Positions 34,207 to 43,947 of a stretch of DNA of 64,000 bases are shown one piece after another. The stretch is taken from the NCBI GenBank assembly GCA_035461245.1, contig DATHVP010000062.1, positions 3,956 to 67,955 of the forward strand, read 5' to 3'. Both the position numbers and the translations under genes were made by a program. The notes under the pieces were generated by a model. That model saw only the letters and a list, made by a program, of their open reading frames with translations, did no database searches and had not been told where the DNA came from. Source of the DNA: Longimicrobiales bacterium. GTDB lineage: Bacteria; Gemmatimonadota; Gemmatimonadetes; Longimicrobiales; RSA9. Position 1 is the first letter of the stretch. Every line of letters starts with the position of its first letter.

Positions 34207-34662
34207 TCACGTTCCGGCGTGTACCGTCACGGTGACCGTCTGGCAGCCGTCGGCGTGACCGCCGCCGATGGCCCCGTGCATCTTGCAGAACTCGAACTGG
34301 GTCTGCCCGGCGCCCACGCCCACGAGCGTGCCGCCGTATTCACCGGCCACGGCCTGGTCCCACCGGGCGACGCTGGCGTTCGCCTCGTTCACCGCCAGGT
34401 AGTAGCCCTGCGCCGGCCCCATCTCGTCGCCGTCCCGGTCGAGCATCCGGACGACCAGGGGTCCACGACTGGCGCCCGCCGTCACCTCCAGCGAGCCGTC
34501 CACGTCGGTGCCCATGGCGCGGACCAATGGCTCACCATCTTCCAGCACCAGCACGCCATACGCCCGCAGGTGCTGCCCGGGCGACGCAGGATTAGTGCAG
34601 GCGCCCAGCAGCACTGTCGCCGCGAGGACGACGGGTACACGCCAGGTATCAAGAGTCTTCAT
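34207..34662 (-). CDS. Hypothetical lipoprotein (His/Cys-containing C-terminus)
   Basis: ORF 34207..34662. Lipobox LLGACT. C-terminal CKMHGAIGGGHADGC suggests a possible metal site (inference only). Confidence 0.5.
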   Translation of the reverse strand: MKTLDTWRVPVVLAATVLLGACTNPASPGQHLRAYGVLVLEDGEPLVRAMGTDVDGSLEVTAGASRGPLVVRMLDRDGDEMGPAQGYYLAVNEANASVARWDQAVAGEYGGTLVGVGAGQTQFEFCKMHGAIGGGHADGCQTVTVTVHAGT

Positions 34663-34839
34663 GGCCTTCTCCTCCAGTTAGTCAGGTCCGTACGCAGTTC
34701 CTCCCTGGCGCCCGACGGAGGCCGGGAACCGGTAATCCGACCGCGAGCGTCGTCGTCCGTGACGAAGCTGCCAATCGGGCCGAGGGTCCAGCCCGGGCAC
34801 GGGCCGTCCCCTATGTGGGGGAGAAGCTGCTGTCCAGAA

Positions 34840-35178
34840 TCAGGACGTCGGCGGGCCGCGGATCCAGATCCAGGCTACCCGCTCGCCGGTGGGCAGCAGG
34901 TCGCGGTACGGCGCGCCCGCATGCTCAACTGCCTCGGCAGGGGATGCGATGAGTGCGGACGCCGGGCCGGCCAGGAATCGGTTGTCGGCCGCCCGGCAGA
35001 CCAGGCATGCCGCAGGGTCGTGACCCTGCTGGTGGCTGCCGGGGGCCTCGGCGTGCTCGGGCGCCGCTCGCTCCTCGGCGCCGTGGGCCAGCGGCAGCAG
35101 CACGCCGGCCAGCAGGTGCGCTGCTACCAGCAGCGCACCTGCCCACCCCCGTCTGCCTGACCGATTGCCACCGAGCAT
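34840..35178 (-). CDS. Hypothetical single-pass membrane protein with His-rich/CxxC segment
   Basis: ORF 34840..35259, start at the internal ATG 35176-35178. [23 protein letters not shown] followed by HQQGHDPAACLVC. Loosely reminiscent of small DUF2946-type proteins next to metal TBDRs (low confidence). Confidence 0.4.
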   Translation of the reverse strand: MLGGNRSGRRGWAGALLVAAHLLAGVLLPLAHGAEERAAPEHAEAPGSHQQGHDPAACLVCRAADNRFLAGPASALIASPAEAVEHAGAPYRDLLPTGERVAWIWIRGPPTS

Positions 35179-35262
35179 TGACCCGTTCGCCCTTAGAGGT
35201 GATCCTGCTGAGAAGAGAAGTCGTAACGCATGAGGTCCCGTTTGGCAACAATAGCGCATGCA

Positions 35263-35793
35263 ATGAACAGAACCTGGCCCATCGCCCGACCACGCCTGAT
35301 ACTGGCCATCGCCGCATTACTCGCGGGCTGCGGCGCCGACGCCGACACGTTCCGGCCCTTCACCGTGGGGGATCCGGCGCCGGACTTCGCCCTGTCGGCC
35401 ATGGCCGGTGACACGGTCCGGCTCAGCGACCTGCGCGGCGGGCCCGTGTTGCTGAACATATGGGCGACCTGGTGCCCGCCATGCCGGGAGGAGATGCCCG
35501 GCCTCCAGGCGCTCCACGAAACGTACGGCCAGCAGGGGCTGCACGTGGTGGGCGTCTCCATCGACGCCCGCGGCGCTGAGGACGCCGTCCGTGCATTCGC
35601 CGGGGATTTCGGCATCGGCTTTACCCTCCTGCACGATCCCGGTGAGGTCGTGCCACGACAGTACCGTACCAGCGGCGTGCCGGAGACGTTCCTCATCGAC
35701 GCCGACGGCGTGCTGGCCTACCGCTGGATCGGCGCGTTCGACCCGCTGGCCCCTGACGTCCACCAACGCATACAGGCGGTGCTGCCACAGTAG
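35263..35793 (+). CDS. TlpA-family thiol:disulfide oxidoreductase lipoprotein
   Basis: ORF 35230..35793. ATG 35263 gives the lipobox signal (ILAIAALLAGC). Thioredoxin motif WATWCPPCREEMP. Confidence 0.8.
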   Translation: MNRTWPIARPRLILAIAALLAGCGADADTFRPFTVGDPAPDFALSAMAGDTVRLSDLRGGPVLLNIWATWCPPCREEMPGLQALHETYGQQGLHVVGVSIDARGAEDAVRAFAGDFGIGFTLLHDPGEVVPRQYRTSGVPETFLIDADGVLAYRWIGAFDPLAPDVHQRIQAVLPQ

Positions 35794-36013
35794 CGGCGGC
35801 GCCCCGCCCGGGTTTCTGGCCCGCTGTTCCCCGAAGGCAGGGGCAGGCCCGCCGCGCGCGGTTCCGCAGGGAGGAGGCACCGCGCAGCGGCCCGACGACC
35901 GAGGACTGTCCGAGCACGGCGGCCCTGCCCCTGCCAATTCTTGACGGGCATGATAAAATCAGGGCTGACCCGAATCACGGAACTCAGCCGCAGGCCGCAG
36001 GAACAGACCCCCG

Positions 36014-38884
36014 ATGCATACGAGCCCCGAGTACGACTACACGTTCGAGCGCCGCCACAACGGGCCAGGCGCCGCAGAGATCCAGCGGATGCTGGAGGTG
36101 GTGGGCTACGGCTCGCTGGACGAACTCATGGACGTGGCCATCCCGTCGTCCATCCGGCATCGTCGCCCCCTTGCCATCACGCAGGGCGCCAGTGAGCAGG
36201 AAGCGCTGGCGGAGTTGCGGGAGCTGGCCCGTCGGAACCGGGTTCTCAGGTCGTACATCGGCATGGGCTACCACGACACGTTCACGCCGCCGGTGATCCA
36301 GCGGAAGGTGCTGGAGAACCCGTCGTGGTACACGGCCTACACGCCGTACCAGGCTGAGATTGCCCAGGGTCGGCTGGAAGCGCTGCTGAACTTCCAGACG
36401 GTGGTCATCGACCTGACGGGCCTGCCCATCGCCAATGCGTCGCTGCTGGACGAGGGCACTGCCGTCGCCGAGGCCATGGCCATGAGCCACGCCGCCGCGT
36501 CCCGGGGCCGGACCCGCTTCTTCGTCTCCGAACTGTGCCATCCCCAGACCATCGACGTGGTCCGCACCCGCGCCGCTGCCCGGGGCTGGGACGTGGTGGT
36601 GGGTGATCACGCCACCTTCGAGTTCGGCGATGATGTTTTCGGCGCCGTCGTCCAGTATCCAGCCACGGACGGCGCCATCCACGATTACCGCGACTTTGCC
36701 AGCCGTGCCCATGACGCCGGCGCGCTCGTCACGGTGGCGGCGGACCTCCTGGCGCTGACGCTGCTGACGCCGCCGGGTGAGTGGGGCGCCGACATGGTGG
36801 TGGGCAGCTCGCAACGTTTCGGTGTGCCGCTGGGCTACGGCGGTCCCCACGCCGCGTTCTTCGCGACGAAGGACGAGTACAAGCGCCAGATCCCCGGCCG
36901 CATCATCGGCGTCTCGAAGGACTCCCGTGGCAAGCCGGCGCTGCGCATGGCGCTGCAGACGCGGGAACAGCACATCCGCCGGGAGAAGGCGACGTCCAAC
37001 ATCTGCACGGCGCAGGTGCTGCTGGCCGTCATCGCGTCCTTCTACGCCGTCTACCACGGCCCCGAGGGGCTGACGCGCATTGCGCAGCGGGTCCGCACCC
37101 GAGCGTTGCAGCTCGCCGCCGGCCTGCGCGAACTCGGTTATGACGTGCCCGACGCGCATTTCTTCGACACCGTGCGCGTCCGGGCTGGCGCACGCCGCGA
37201 CGCCATCATGAAGGCCGCTCTCGACGCGGGCATCAACCTCCGGCCGCTGGACGAGTCGGACCTGTGCGTCGCGTTCGATGAGACCGTCAGCATGCAGGAC
37301 GTGCAGGACGTGCTCAACGTCTTCGCCGCCGTCACCGGCGGCACGCTGGTCACCGTGAAGGGTGAGGACGACGTCGCCACCGAACTCGACGACGCGTTCC
37401 GCCGGACCTCGGACTTCATGACACATCCCGTATTCCACCGTTACCGGTCGGAGACGGAGATGCTGCGCTACATCCACCGGCTGGAGTCCCGGGACCTTTC
37501 GCTGGTTCACTCCATGATCCCGCTGGGCTCGTGCACCATGAAGCTGAACGCCGCCGCGGAGATGCTGCCCATCTCCTGGCCGGAGTTCGCGAAGCTGCAC
37601 CCCTTCGCGCCGGCGGACCAGGCCGAGGGCTACGCCGAGATGTTCCGCCAGCTCGAGGGCTGGCTCGCCGAGATCACCGGCTTCAGCCGCGTCTCCCTGC
37701 AGCCCAACGCAGGCTCCCAGGGCGAGTACGCAGGGCTGCTGGTGATCCGCGCGTACCACGAGGCCAACGGCAACAACCAGCGCAACGTGTGCCTCATCCC
37801 CCAGTCGGCTCACGGGACGAACCCCGCCAGCGCCGTCATGGCCGGGTTCGATGTCGTCGTGGTCAAGTCCGACGAGAACGGCAACATCGACATCCCTGAC
37901 CTGCGCGCCCGGGCCGAGCAGTACGCGGACCGCGTCGGCGCCCTCATGGTGACGTATCCCTCCACCCACGGCATCTTCGAGGAGGGCATCCGCACCATCT
38001 GCGAGATCGTCCACGAGCACGGCGGGCTGGTCTACATGGACGGCGCCAACATGAACGCCATGGTCGGCCTCTGCCGCCCCGGCGACATCGGTGCCGACGT
38101 CTGCCACCTCAACCTGCACAAGACGTTCACCATCCCCCACGGCGGCGGCGGTCCCGGCATGGGTCCCATCGGCGTCACCGCCGCGCTGGCACCGTTCCTG
38201 CCCGGACACCCCGTCGTCCGGACCGGCGGCGACCAGGCCATTGGCGCCATCTCCGCCGCGCCGTGGGGCAGCCCGGGGATCCTGCCCATCCCGTGGATGT
38301 ATATTCGCATGATGGGCGGGGCCGGCCTGACGACGGCTACGAAGATTGCAATACTTAACGCCAACTATGTGGCGCGGCGTCTGAGTGATTATTACCCTGT
38401 ATTGTATACGGGACGCGACGGGACCGTCGCCCACGAGTGCATCATCGACCCGCGCCCCCTCCGGGGCGGTAGCGGCGTCGAAGCCGGCGACATCGCCAAA
38501 CGGCTCATGGATTACGGCTTCCATGCGCCCACCGTCTCGTTCCCGGTGGCGGGCACGCTCATGATCGAGCCCACTGAAAGCGAATCACTGGAAGAGCTGG
38601 ACCGGTTCTGCGACGCCCTCATCGGCATCCGTGAGGAGATCCGTGAGATCGAGACGGGCGAAGCAGACAGGAGCGATAACCTGCTCAGCAACGCGCCGCA
38701 TACCGCCGACATGGTGATGGCAGACGACTGGTCGCATCCCTATGGACGCGAACGGGCCGCGTTCCCCGCAAGCTGGACGCGGGAGTACAAGTTCTGGCCC
38801 TCGGTGGGCCTGGTGGAAAGCGCCGCAGGTGATCGCAACCTGATCTGTGCCTGCATTCCCATCGAGGAGTACGCTGAGGTCTGA
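36014..38884 (+). CDS. gcvP: Glycine dehydrogenase (decarboxylating), single-chain P protein
   Basis: ORF 36014..38884, 956 aa. Full-length GcvP blocks ([43 protein letters not shown]). Confidence 0.95.
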   Translation: MHTSPEYDYTFERRHNGPGAAEIQRMLEVVGYGSLDELMDVAIPSSIRHRRPLAITQGASEQEALAELRELARRNRVLRSYIGMGYHDTFTPPVIQRKVLENPSWYTAYTPYQAEIAQGRLEALLNFQTVVIDLTGLPIANASLLDEGTAVAEAMAMSHAAASRGRTRFFVSELCHPQTIDVVRTRAAARGWDVVVGDHATFEFGDDVFGAVVQYPATDGAIHDYRDFASRAHDAGALVTVAADLLALTLLTPPGEWGADMVVGSSQRFGVPLGYGGPHAAFFATKDEYKRQIPGRIIGVSKDSRGKPALRMALQTREQHIRREKATSNICTAQVLLAVIASFYAVYHGPEGLTRIAQRVRTRALQLAAGLRELGYDVPDAHFFDTVRVRAGARRDAIMKAALDAGINLRPLDESDLCVAFDETVSMQDVQDVLNVFAAVTGGTLVTVKGEDDVATELDDAFRRTSDFMTHPVFHRYRSETEMLRYIHRLESRDLSLVHSMIPLGSCTMKLNAAAEMLPISWPEFAKLHPFAPADQAEGYAEMFRQLEGWLAEITGFSRVSLQPNAGSQGEYAGLLVIRAYHEANGNNQRNVCLIPQSAHGTNPASAVMAGFDVVVVKSDENGNIDIPDLRARAEQYADRVGALMVTYPSTHGIFEEGIRTICEIVHEHGGLVYMDGANMNAMVGLCRPGDIGADVCHLNLHKTFTIPHGGGGPGMGPIGVTAALAPFLPGHPVVRTGGDQAIGAISAAPWGSPGILPIPWMYIRMMGGAGLTTATKIAILNANYVARRLSDYYPVLYTGRDGTVAHECIIDPRPLRGGSGVEAGDIAKRLMDYGFHAPTVSFPVAGTLMIEPTESESLEELDRFCDALIGIREEIREIETGEADRSDNLLSNAPHTADMVMADDWSHPYGRERAAFPASWTREYKFWPSVGLVESAAGDRNLICACIPIEEYAEV

Positions 38885-39064
38885 CCCCGTAACAGCCCGG
38901 ATCCAGTCCCGTCACTGGGGCGGGTCCGGACGCGTGCCCGCCGCAGGGCGCGCGGTCCGCAGTAATCACCGTATGGCTGCCTCGGCACGCAGCCCGCAGG
39001 TGAGCGCAGCCCGGGCCTGCCCGTCCAGGTTGCATGCAAATATGCCGGAGAGAATGGATTTATC

Positions 39065-40207
39065 GTGAGTACGACTGAAACGGTGGGCGTGCTGGACGTC
39101 ACGTCCGGTGGCGCCGGCTTCGTCCGTCGCAAACAGAACAGCTACCTCGCCTCGGACGGCGATACCTATGTCCCACAGAAGCTGATTCAGCGATACAAGC
39201 TGCGCACCGGCGATGAGCTGGTGGGTGAGGCGGGCCCCTCACCGGGCCGGGGCAAGAACCCGCCACTGGTGAACCTGGTCACCGTCAACGGGCTGCCGCC
39301 GGAAGAGATGGCAAACCGTCCGGAGTTCCACCGCCTGAGCGCGCTGCACCCGAAGGATCAGCTCGTGCTTGAGTGCGAACTCGATCGCGGCACCCACGAC
39401 CACACGAATCGCATCATCGACCTGTTCTGTCCCTTCGGCAAGGGCCAGCGGGCGATGATCGTGGCCCCGGCCAAGGCCGGCAAGACGATGGTGCTCCAGG
39501 CCGTGGCCGAGGGTCTGGTCAAGAACTATCCGAACTCCTCCGTCTTCATCCTGCTGGTGGACGAGCGCCCGGAAGAGGTGACGGAGATGGAAATGTGCGG
39601 GTACGGCGAGGTGGTGGCGTCGAGCTTTGACCATCCCGCCGACCGTCACGTGGGCGTGGCCGAGATCACGCTGGAGCGGGCGCGGCGGCGGGTGGAGATG
39701 GGCCAGGACGTCATCATCATCCTGGACTCCATCACGCGGCTGGCCCGGGCCTACAACACGAATGAGCGCAGCAGCGGCAAGACGCTCACGGGCGGGCTCG
39801 ACTCCAATGCACTGGAGAAGCCGAAGCGGTTCCTGGGCAGCGCGCGCAACATTGACCCGAAGCAGGGCGGCGGTTCGCTGACCATCATTGCCACGGCGCT
39901 GGTGGAGACCGGCTCGCGGATGGACGACGTCATCTTCGAGGAGTTCAAGGGCACCGGCAACAGCGAGCTGGTGCTGTCCCGGGAGCTGGCCGACAAGCGC
40001 ATCTGGCCGGCCATCGACCTGACGGCCAGCGCCACTCGCCGGGAGGAGCTGCTCCTGTCACCGGAAGCGCTCCAGACCTCCCACAAGCTGCGCCGGGACT
40101 TCAGCGACATGTCGCCGCCGGAGGCCATGGACCAGCTGCTGGCGCGCATGAAGCGCACGAAGACCAACGACGAACTGGTTCAGCAGATCACGTCCGGCCG
40201 GGTCTGA
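39065..40207 (+). CDS. rho: Transcription termination factor Rho (short form lacking the N-terminal helix bundle)
   Basis: ORF 39065..40207 (GTG). Cold-shock-like RNA-binding domain (GVLDVTSGGAGFVRR), Walker A (APAKAGKT), LVDERPEEVTEM, and the Q and R loops. In-frame TAA at 38963-38965, with no start codon between it and 39065. Confidence 0.9.
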   Translation: MSTTETVGVLDVTSGGAGFVRRKQNSYLASDGDTYVPQKLIQRYKLRTGDELVGEAGPSPGRGKNPPLVNLVTVNGLPPEEMANRPEFHRLSALHPKDQLVLECELDRGTHDHTNRIIDLFCPFGKGQRAMIVAPAKAGKTMVLQAVAEGLVKNYPNSSVFILLVDERPEEVTEMEMCGYGEVVASSFDHPADRHVGVAEITLERARRRVEMGQDVIIILDSITRLARAYNTNERSSGKTLTGGLDSNALEKPKRFLGSARNIDPKQGGGSLTIIATALVETGSRMDDVIFEEFKGTGNSELVLSRELADKRIWPAIDLTASATRREELLLSPEALQTSHKLRRDFSDMSPPEAMDQLLARMKRTKTNDELVQQITSGRV

Positions 40208-40303
40208 GAACAGCTCGGGAACAGGAACGGGAAACGTCGGCGATCCCCGTCGCTCATGTGGTCCCTGGACGGCTGTGCACGGCACTGGTGGCCTGATACA
40301 GTT

Positions 40304-40335
40304 CGGCTGCCGGACGCGCGCGCATCCGGCAGCCG
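40304..40335. terminator. Hairpin between convergent rho and the S9 peptidase gene
   Basis: CGGCTGCCGGA, 10-nt loop, TCCGGCAGCCG. 11-bp stem. Confidence 0.45.
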
Positions 40336-40369
40336 ATACCCGTCGTTCGCGGGGCGTGCGGGGCTGCCG

Positions 40370-42727
40370 TCAGCGACCGCCCTGGTTCGCGGCGCTGGCC
40401 GCTGCCGGGCGCGGGTCCTGCAGCGTTTCCAGCACCTGCCGCCACTGGAACTTCTCGCCGATGCCCCGGACGTAGTAGTCCATCCATGCCATCTCGCTCA
40501 TGGACTTGACCAGCCGGTTGCGCGGGTCGGGGATGCCGTGGCTGTTGCCCGGATACATGAACAGTTCCGTCTCCACGCCGAGCTGCCGCAGCGCCATGTG
40601 CAGCTCCACTGACTGGGGGCTCGGCACGCGCGGGTCGCCCTCGACGACGTGGATCATGGTGGGCGTCTTCGCGTTGGCTATGTACTTCAGTGGCGACTGG
40701 TCCCAGTACGCATCGAAGTTGTGGTACGGCAGGTCGTCGCCCAGGTAGAACTGGCGGTTCCGCTGCACGTCGCTCTGGGCATACATGCTGATCCAGTTGG
40801 ACGTGCCGGCGCCTGAGCTGATGGCCTTGAACCGGTCCGTGTTCACCAGGATCCAGTTGGACCAGTGCCCGCCTGCGCTCCAGCCCAGTGCGCCCATGCG
40901 GTTGCCATCGACCAGGCCCTCGGCGATGAGGTGGTCCACGCCGGTCATGATGTCGTCATAGCCCTGCGGGAAGTAGTTGCCGACGATGTCCGTGCGGAAC
41001 GCCTCGCCGTAGTTGGTGGAGCCGCGGTAGTTCGGCTTCAGCACCGCGTAGCCGGCGCCTGCGTAGACCTGCGAGCCGTAGCCGCCGTTGAAGCCGAGGA
41101 CGTCGGCGGAGGCGGGTCCGCCGTGGATGGCGACAATGAGCGGATAGCGCTGACCGGGCTGGTAGCCCACGGGGTACGTCAGCACGCCACCGACTTCCTT
41201 CCCGTCGGTGGACGTCCAGGTGATCTCCTCCTGGGCGCCCAGCGCGAAGTTGCGGACCTGCGGGTTCACGTCGGTGAGCTGCCGCCAGGTGGAGCGGTTG
41301 CCGATGCGGTTCAGGTCCCGGGTGACGAAGAGCGTGGACGGCGTCGTCGGGTCCTGGTAGCTGATGAGGTAGAGGCCGCTGGCGTCGTCACGGCTGACGG
41401 ACAGCGACGCCTGCGCGTCCGTCACCTGGCGCACCGTGTTGCGCTGGACGTCCCGCGCCATGAGCTGCCGCGTGGCGCGGATGCCCTCGTTGAAGTAGAT
41501 GGTGCGGCCGTCGTCGGACCAGAAACCGACGGACAGGTTGCCATCGAATGAGCCGCCCAGCATGCGGAACTCGCCGCCACGCTGGTCCACGGGACGCAGC
41601 CAGATGCGACGGTTGCCCATGGTGTAGCGCGTCAGGTCCTCGGGCGCGACGAAGGCCACGGTCCGGCTGTCCGGTGAGAAGAACGGCCCGCTCTCGCCGA
41701 CCTCGTCGTTCTCGGTGAGCCGCTCGAGGCTACCGGTGGCGACTTCCAGCAGGTAGAGGTCGGCGTTGATGTTCTGCTCGGTGATGTTGCGGTGGTAACG
41801 GTGCGAGCTGACGCCGTTGAAGCCGATCCAGCGGCCGTCAGGGGAAACGTTGAAGCTTGTGACGTCGTACGCGGTGTCATCCGTAAGTCGCGTGGTCCGG
41901 GACGGGTCCAGGTCCAGCGCCCACAGGCTGCTCAACGGCGTGACCTCATTGTAGACGTTGACGGTGAAGCGGTTCTCGCGGCGGAGCCGCTCGTCCTCAA
42001 ACAGCGTGTCACGCGTCAGGAAGTAGATGCGACGGCTGTCCGGCGCCCATTCCCAGCTGCCAACTCCCGTGCCATGGCGGCTGACCTGTTCGGCCTCCGG
42101 TGCCGTGGTGCCGGTCCCGATGGCAGTACCGTTCAGCAGCGCCGTGAGGGCGTGCACAGGCACGCGGTAGAGTTGCTCCTGGTTGCTGCGCCCGCTGCGG
42201 TAGACGAGCCAGCGGCCGTCGGGGCTGAACGCGAAGTTGGAGACGCCCGCCGTCGCATCCGTCACACGCCGGGCCTCACCGCCGTCCGTTCGCATCAGGT
42301 AGAGCTGGTTCTGGTTCGCGCTGCTCGATGGCGCGTCACGGTTCGACAGGAAGACGAAGGCGCTGCCGTCGGGCAGCCACGCGGGCTGCGACTCGTTCTT
42401 CTCCGCCGTGAACGTGAGCTGGCGCGACGACGGCACCCCCTGCTCCGTCGACACGATAAAGAGGTCCGTCTGGCTGCGGGCTTCCTTCCAGTCAGGAAAG
42501 CTCACCGTGTGGAGCACGTGCCGGCCGTCGGGCGAGACGTTGAAGCTGCCCGCCGAGCGCATGTGCTGCACGTCCAGGAACGTCATGGGCCGGACGGCCT
42601 CTTCGGCTATCGCCTGGCCGGCGGGTGCCTGGGCAAGGACGGGCTGGGACGCTGGTGCGGCGGCACCGGTGGCGATGGCGGCAAGCATCAGCGTGCGCCG
42701 CCGCAGGCGCGGGAGAACTCTCTGCAT
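40370..42727 (-). CDS. Secreted S9-family serine peptidase (PD40 propeller plus prolyl oligopeptidase/DPP-type catalytic domain)
   Basis: ORF 40370..42955. Start at ATG 42725-42727 gives the signal MQRVLPRLRRRTLMLAAIATGAAAPA... The catalytic block GWSAGGHW is the Ser nucleophile motif GxSxGG. Confidence 0.85.
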   Translation of the reverse strand: MQRVLPRLRRRTLMLAAIATGAAAPASQPVLAQAPAGQAIAEEAVRPMTFLDVQHMRSAGSFNVSPDGRHVLHTVSFPDWKEARSQTDLFIVSTEQGVPSSRQLTFTAEKNESQPAWLPDGSAFVFLSNRDAPSSSANQNQLYLMRTDGGEARRVTDATAGVSNFAFSPDGRWLVYRSGRSNQEQLYRVPVHALTALLNGTAIGTGTTAPEAEQVSRHGTGVGSWEWAPDSRRIYFLTRDTLFEDERLRRENRFTVNVYNEVTPLSSLWALDLDPSRTTRLTDDTAYDVTSFNVSPDGRWIGFNGVSSHRYHRNITEQNINADLYLLEVATGSLERLTENDEVGESGPFFSPDSRTVAFVAPEDLTRYTMGNRRIWLRPVDQRGGEFRMLGGSFDGNLSVGFWSDDGRTIYFNEGIRATRQLMARDVQRNTVRQVTDAQASLSVSRDDASGLYLISYQDPTTPSTLFVTRDLNRIGNRSTWRQLTDVNPQVRNFALGAQEEITWTSTDGKEVGGVLTYPVGYQPGQRYPLIVAIHGGPASADVLGFNGGYGSQVYAGAGYAVLKPNYRGSTNYGEAFRTDIVGNYFPQGYDDIMTGVDHLIAEGLVDGNRMGALGWSAGGHWSNWILVNTDRFKAISSGAGTSNWISMYAQSDVQRNRQFYLGDDLPYHNFDAYWDQSPLKYIANAKTPTMIHVVEGDPRVPSPQSVELHMALRQLGVETELFMYPGNSHGIPDPRNRLVKSMSEMAWMDYYVRGIGEKFQWRQVLETLQDPRPAAASAANQGGR

Positions 42728-42873
42728 GGAGGCCTCGAGGTGGCGGTGACGTGTTGGGCTACAAGGTACGACATGGGCCGGGCGACGAACAACGGGCGCC
42801 GGCCGATGGGTTCGACAAATCACTGCCTGCGAGACGATGGCCGGCGTCTGCTGCACCGATGGCAGCGGAACCG

Positions 42874-42891
42874 ACTGCCGCAGAGTCGACA
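42874..42891 (+). repeat. Third copy of the 18-mer arm
   Basis: ACTGCCGCAGAGTCGACA matches 42957-42974 at 17 of 18 positions. Confidence 0.85.
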
Positions 42892-42956
42892 ATCCAGGCG
42901 GCCGGTCACGTAGTCTGTCGACACAGCAGCAGGAGCGGGTGGAGTTATGCTGCAAT

Positions 42957-43016
42957 ACTGCCGCAGAATCGACAAACCAGCTGGAATCGCCTGCAGAATG
43001 TCGATTCTGCGGCAGT
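42957..43016. repeat. Perfect 18-bp inverted repeat with 24-nt spacer
   Basis: ACTGCCGCAGAATCGACA (42957-42974) and TGTCGATTCTGCGGCAGT (42999-43016) are exact reverse complements. Confidence 0.9.
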
Positions 43017-43131
43017 GGTGGCTGGCGCGGGGGAGCCTCCCGGCCAGGAGCGTGCGCACAGCCGATGTACTCGCGGGCCGGGCGTCAGCCACATGCCACC
43101 AGCTCCGGGGCGGTGCTGCGCTGACGAGGGG

Positions 43132-43145
43132 GGATCCGCGGATCC
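43132..43145. repeat. 14-bp perfect palindrome
   Basis: GGATCCGCGGATCC. Confidence 0.8.
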
Positions 43146-43210
43146 GCGCCCGGCGCTCTTTCGAAAACCGCCGCCACCTGCTATTTCTCCCCTGTTCCCC
43201 GACAAACGGG

Positions 43211-43299
43211 CCGAGCCCGCATCGTCCGAGTCCGGATCATCCGAGCCGTGTCGTTCGAGCCCGCGTCCTGCGAGTCCGCACCAGCCGAGTCTGCACATG
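43211..43299 (+). repeat. Six-unit degenerate tandem array with 15-bp period, abutting the DUF305 start codon
   Basis: CGAGYC starts at 43212, 43227, 43242, 43256, 43271 and 43286, giving spacings of 15, 15, 14, 15 and 15 nt. ATG is at 43297. Confidence 0.8.
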
Positions 43300-43947
43300 A
43301 GAACACGCATCCTTGTCGCGCTGCTGGCAGCGCCGCTCCTGACATTGTCCGCGTGTGCCACCGCCGGCAGCGGTGGCGCAGGTTCCGCCGACCCGCCGCT
43401 GCTGGGCGCCGGGGCCATCCCCGCTCCGCGGCCGTACTCGCAGGCGGATGTGCACTTCATGGCCGGCATGATCCCGCATCACGCGCAGGCAGTGAAGATG
43501 GCGGCACTGGTCCCGGACCGGAGCAGTCGTGAAGACGTGAAGATCCTGGCGGAACGCATGGCCGTGGCGCAGGGCGACGAGATCGCCCTCATCCGCCAGT
43601 GGCTTGCCGACAACAACGAGGATGTGCCGCCAGCGGACGCGACGCACCATGTCATGGATCACGGCGGCATGCAGCACGCCATGCTCATGCCCGGCATGCT
43701 GACCGATGAGGAGATGGCGCAGCTCGAGGCGGCCCGCGGCGCGGCGTTCGACCGCATGTTCCTGACGCTCATGATCCGGCACCATGAGGGCGCCATCATC
43801 ATGGTCAATGACCTGTTCGGCGCCGCCGGCGCCGCGCAGGACGATTTCATCTACAAGTTCGCATCCGACGTCTTCGCCGATCAGACCACGGAGATTCATC
43901 ACATGCAGCAGATCCTCGCCCAACTTCCGGAACGGAGCCAGCCATGA
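43297..43947 (+). CDS. DUF305 family lipoprotein (four-helix-bundle, His-rich)
   Basis: ORF 42625..43947. Start at the in-frame ATG 43297 gives the lipobox signal MRTRILVALLAAPLLTLSAC. DUF305 signatures: FMAGMIPHHAQAV, MIRHHEGAI, EIHHMQ. Confidence 0.8.
   Translation: MRTRILVALLAAPLLTLSACATAGSGGAGSADPPLLGAGAIPAPRPYSQADVHFMAGMIPHHAQAVKMAALVPDRSSREDVKILAERMAVAQGDEIALIRQWLADNNEDVPPADATHHVMDHGGMQHAMLMPGMLTDEEMAQLEAARGAAFDRMFLTLMIRHHEGAIIMVNDLFGAAGAAQDDFIYKFASDVFADQTTEIHHMQQILAQLPERSQP

Noticed and set aside
35794-36013. Possible glycine riboswitch upstream of gcvP.
   Set aside because: I looked for the conserved GGAGAG ... CACCGAAGGGGCAA ... CUCAGGCAAAAGGAC cores. Only loose fragments are present (CCCCGAAGGCAGGGGCA, ACTCAGCCGCAGG, AGGAACAG), in an order and spacing that do not fit the aptamer. 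A covariance-model scan (RF00504) would settle it. A weak extended -10 promoter (TG-A-TAAAAT at 35951-35959) is the only feature I could see.
42837-43300. ORFs 42837..43124 (+), 42947..43300 (+) and 42820..43092 (-) inside the long intergenic region.
   Set aside because: The translations are Arg/Cys/Gly-rich with no motifs. They are built across the inverted repeats and lack ribosome-binding sites, so the region is treated as non-coding.
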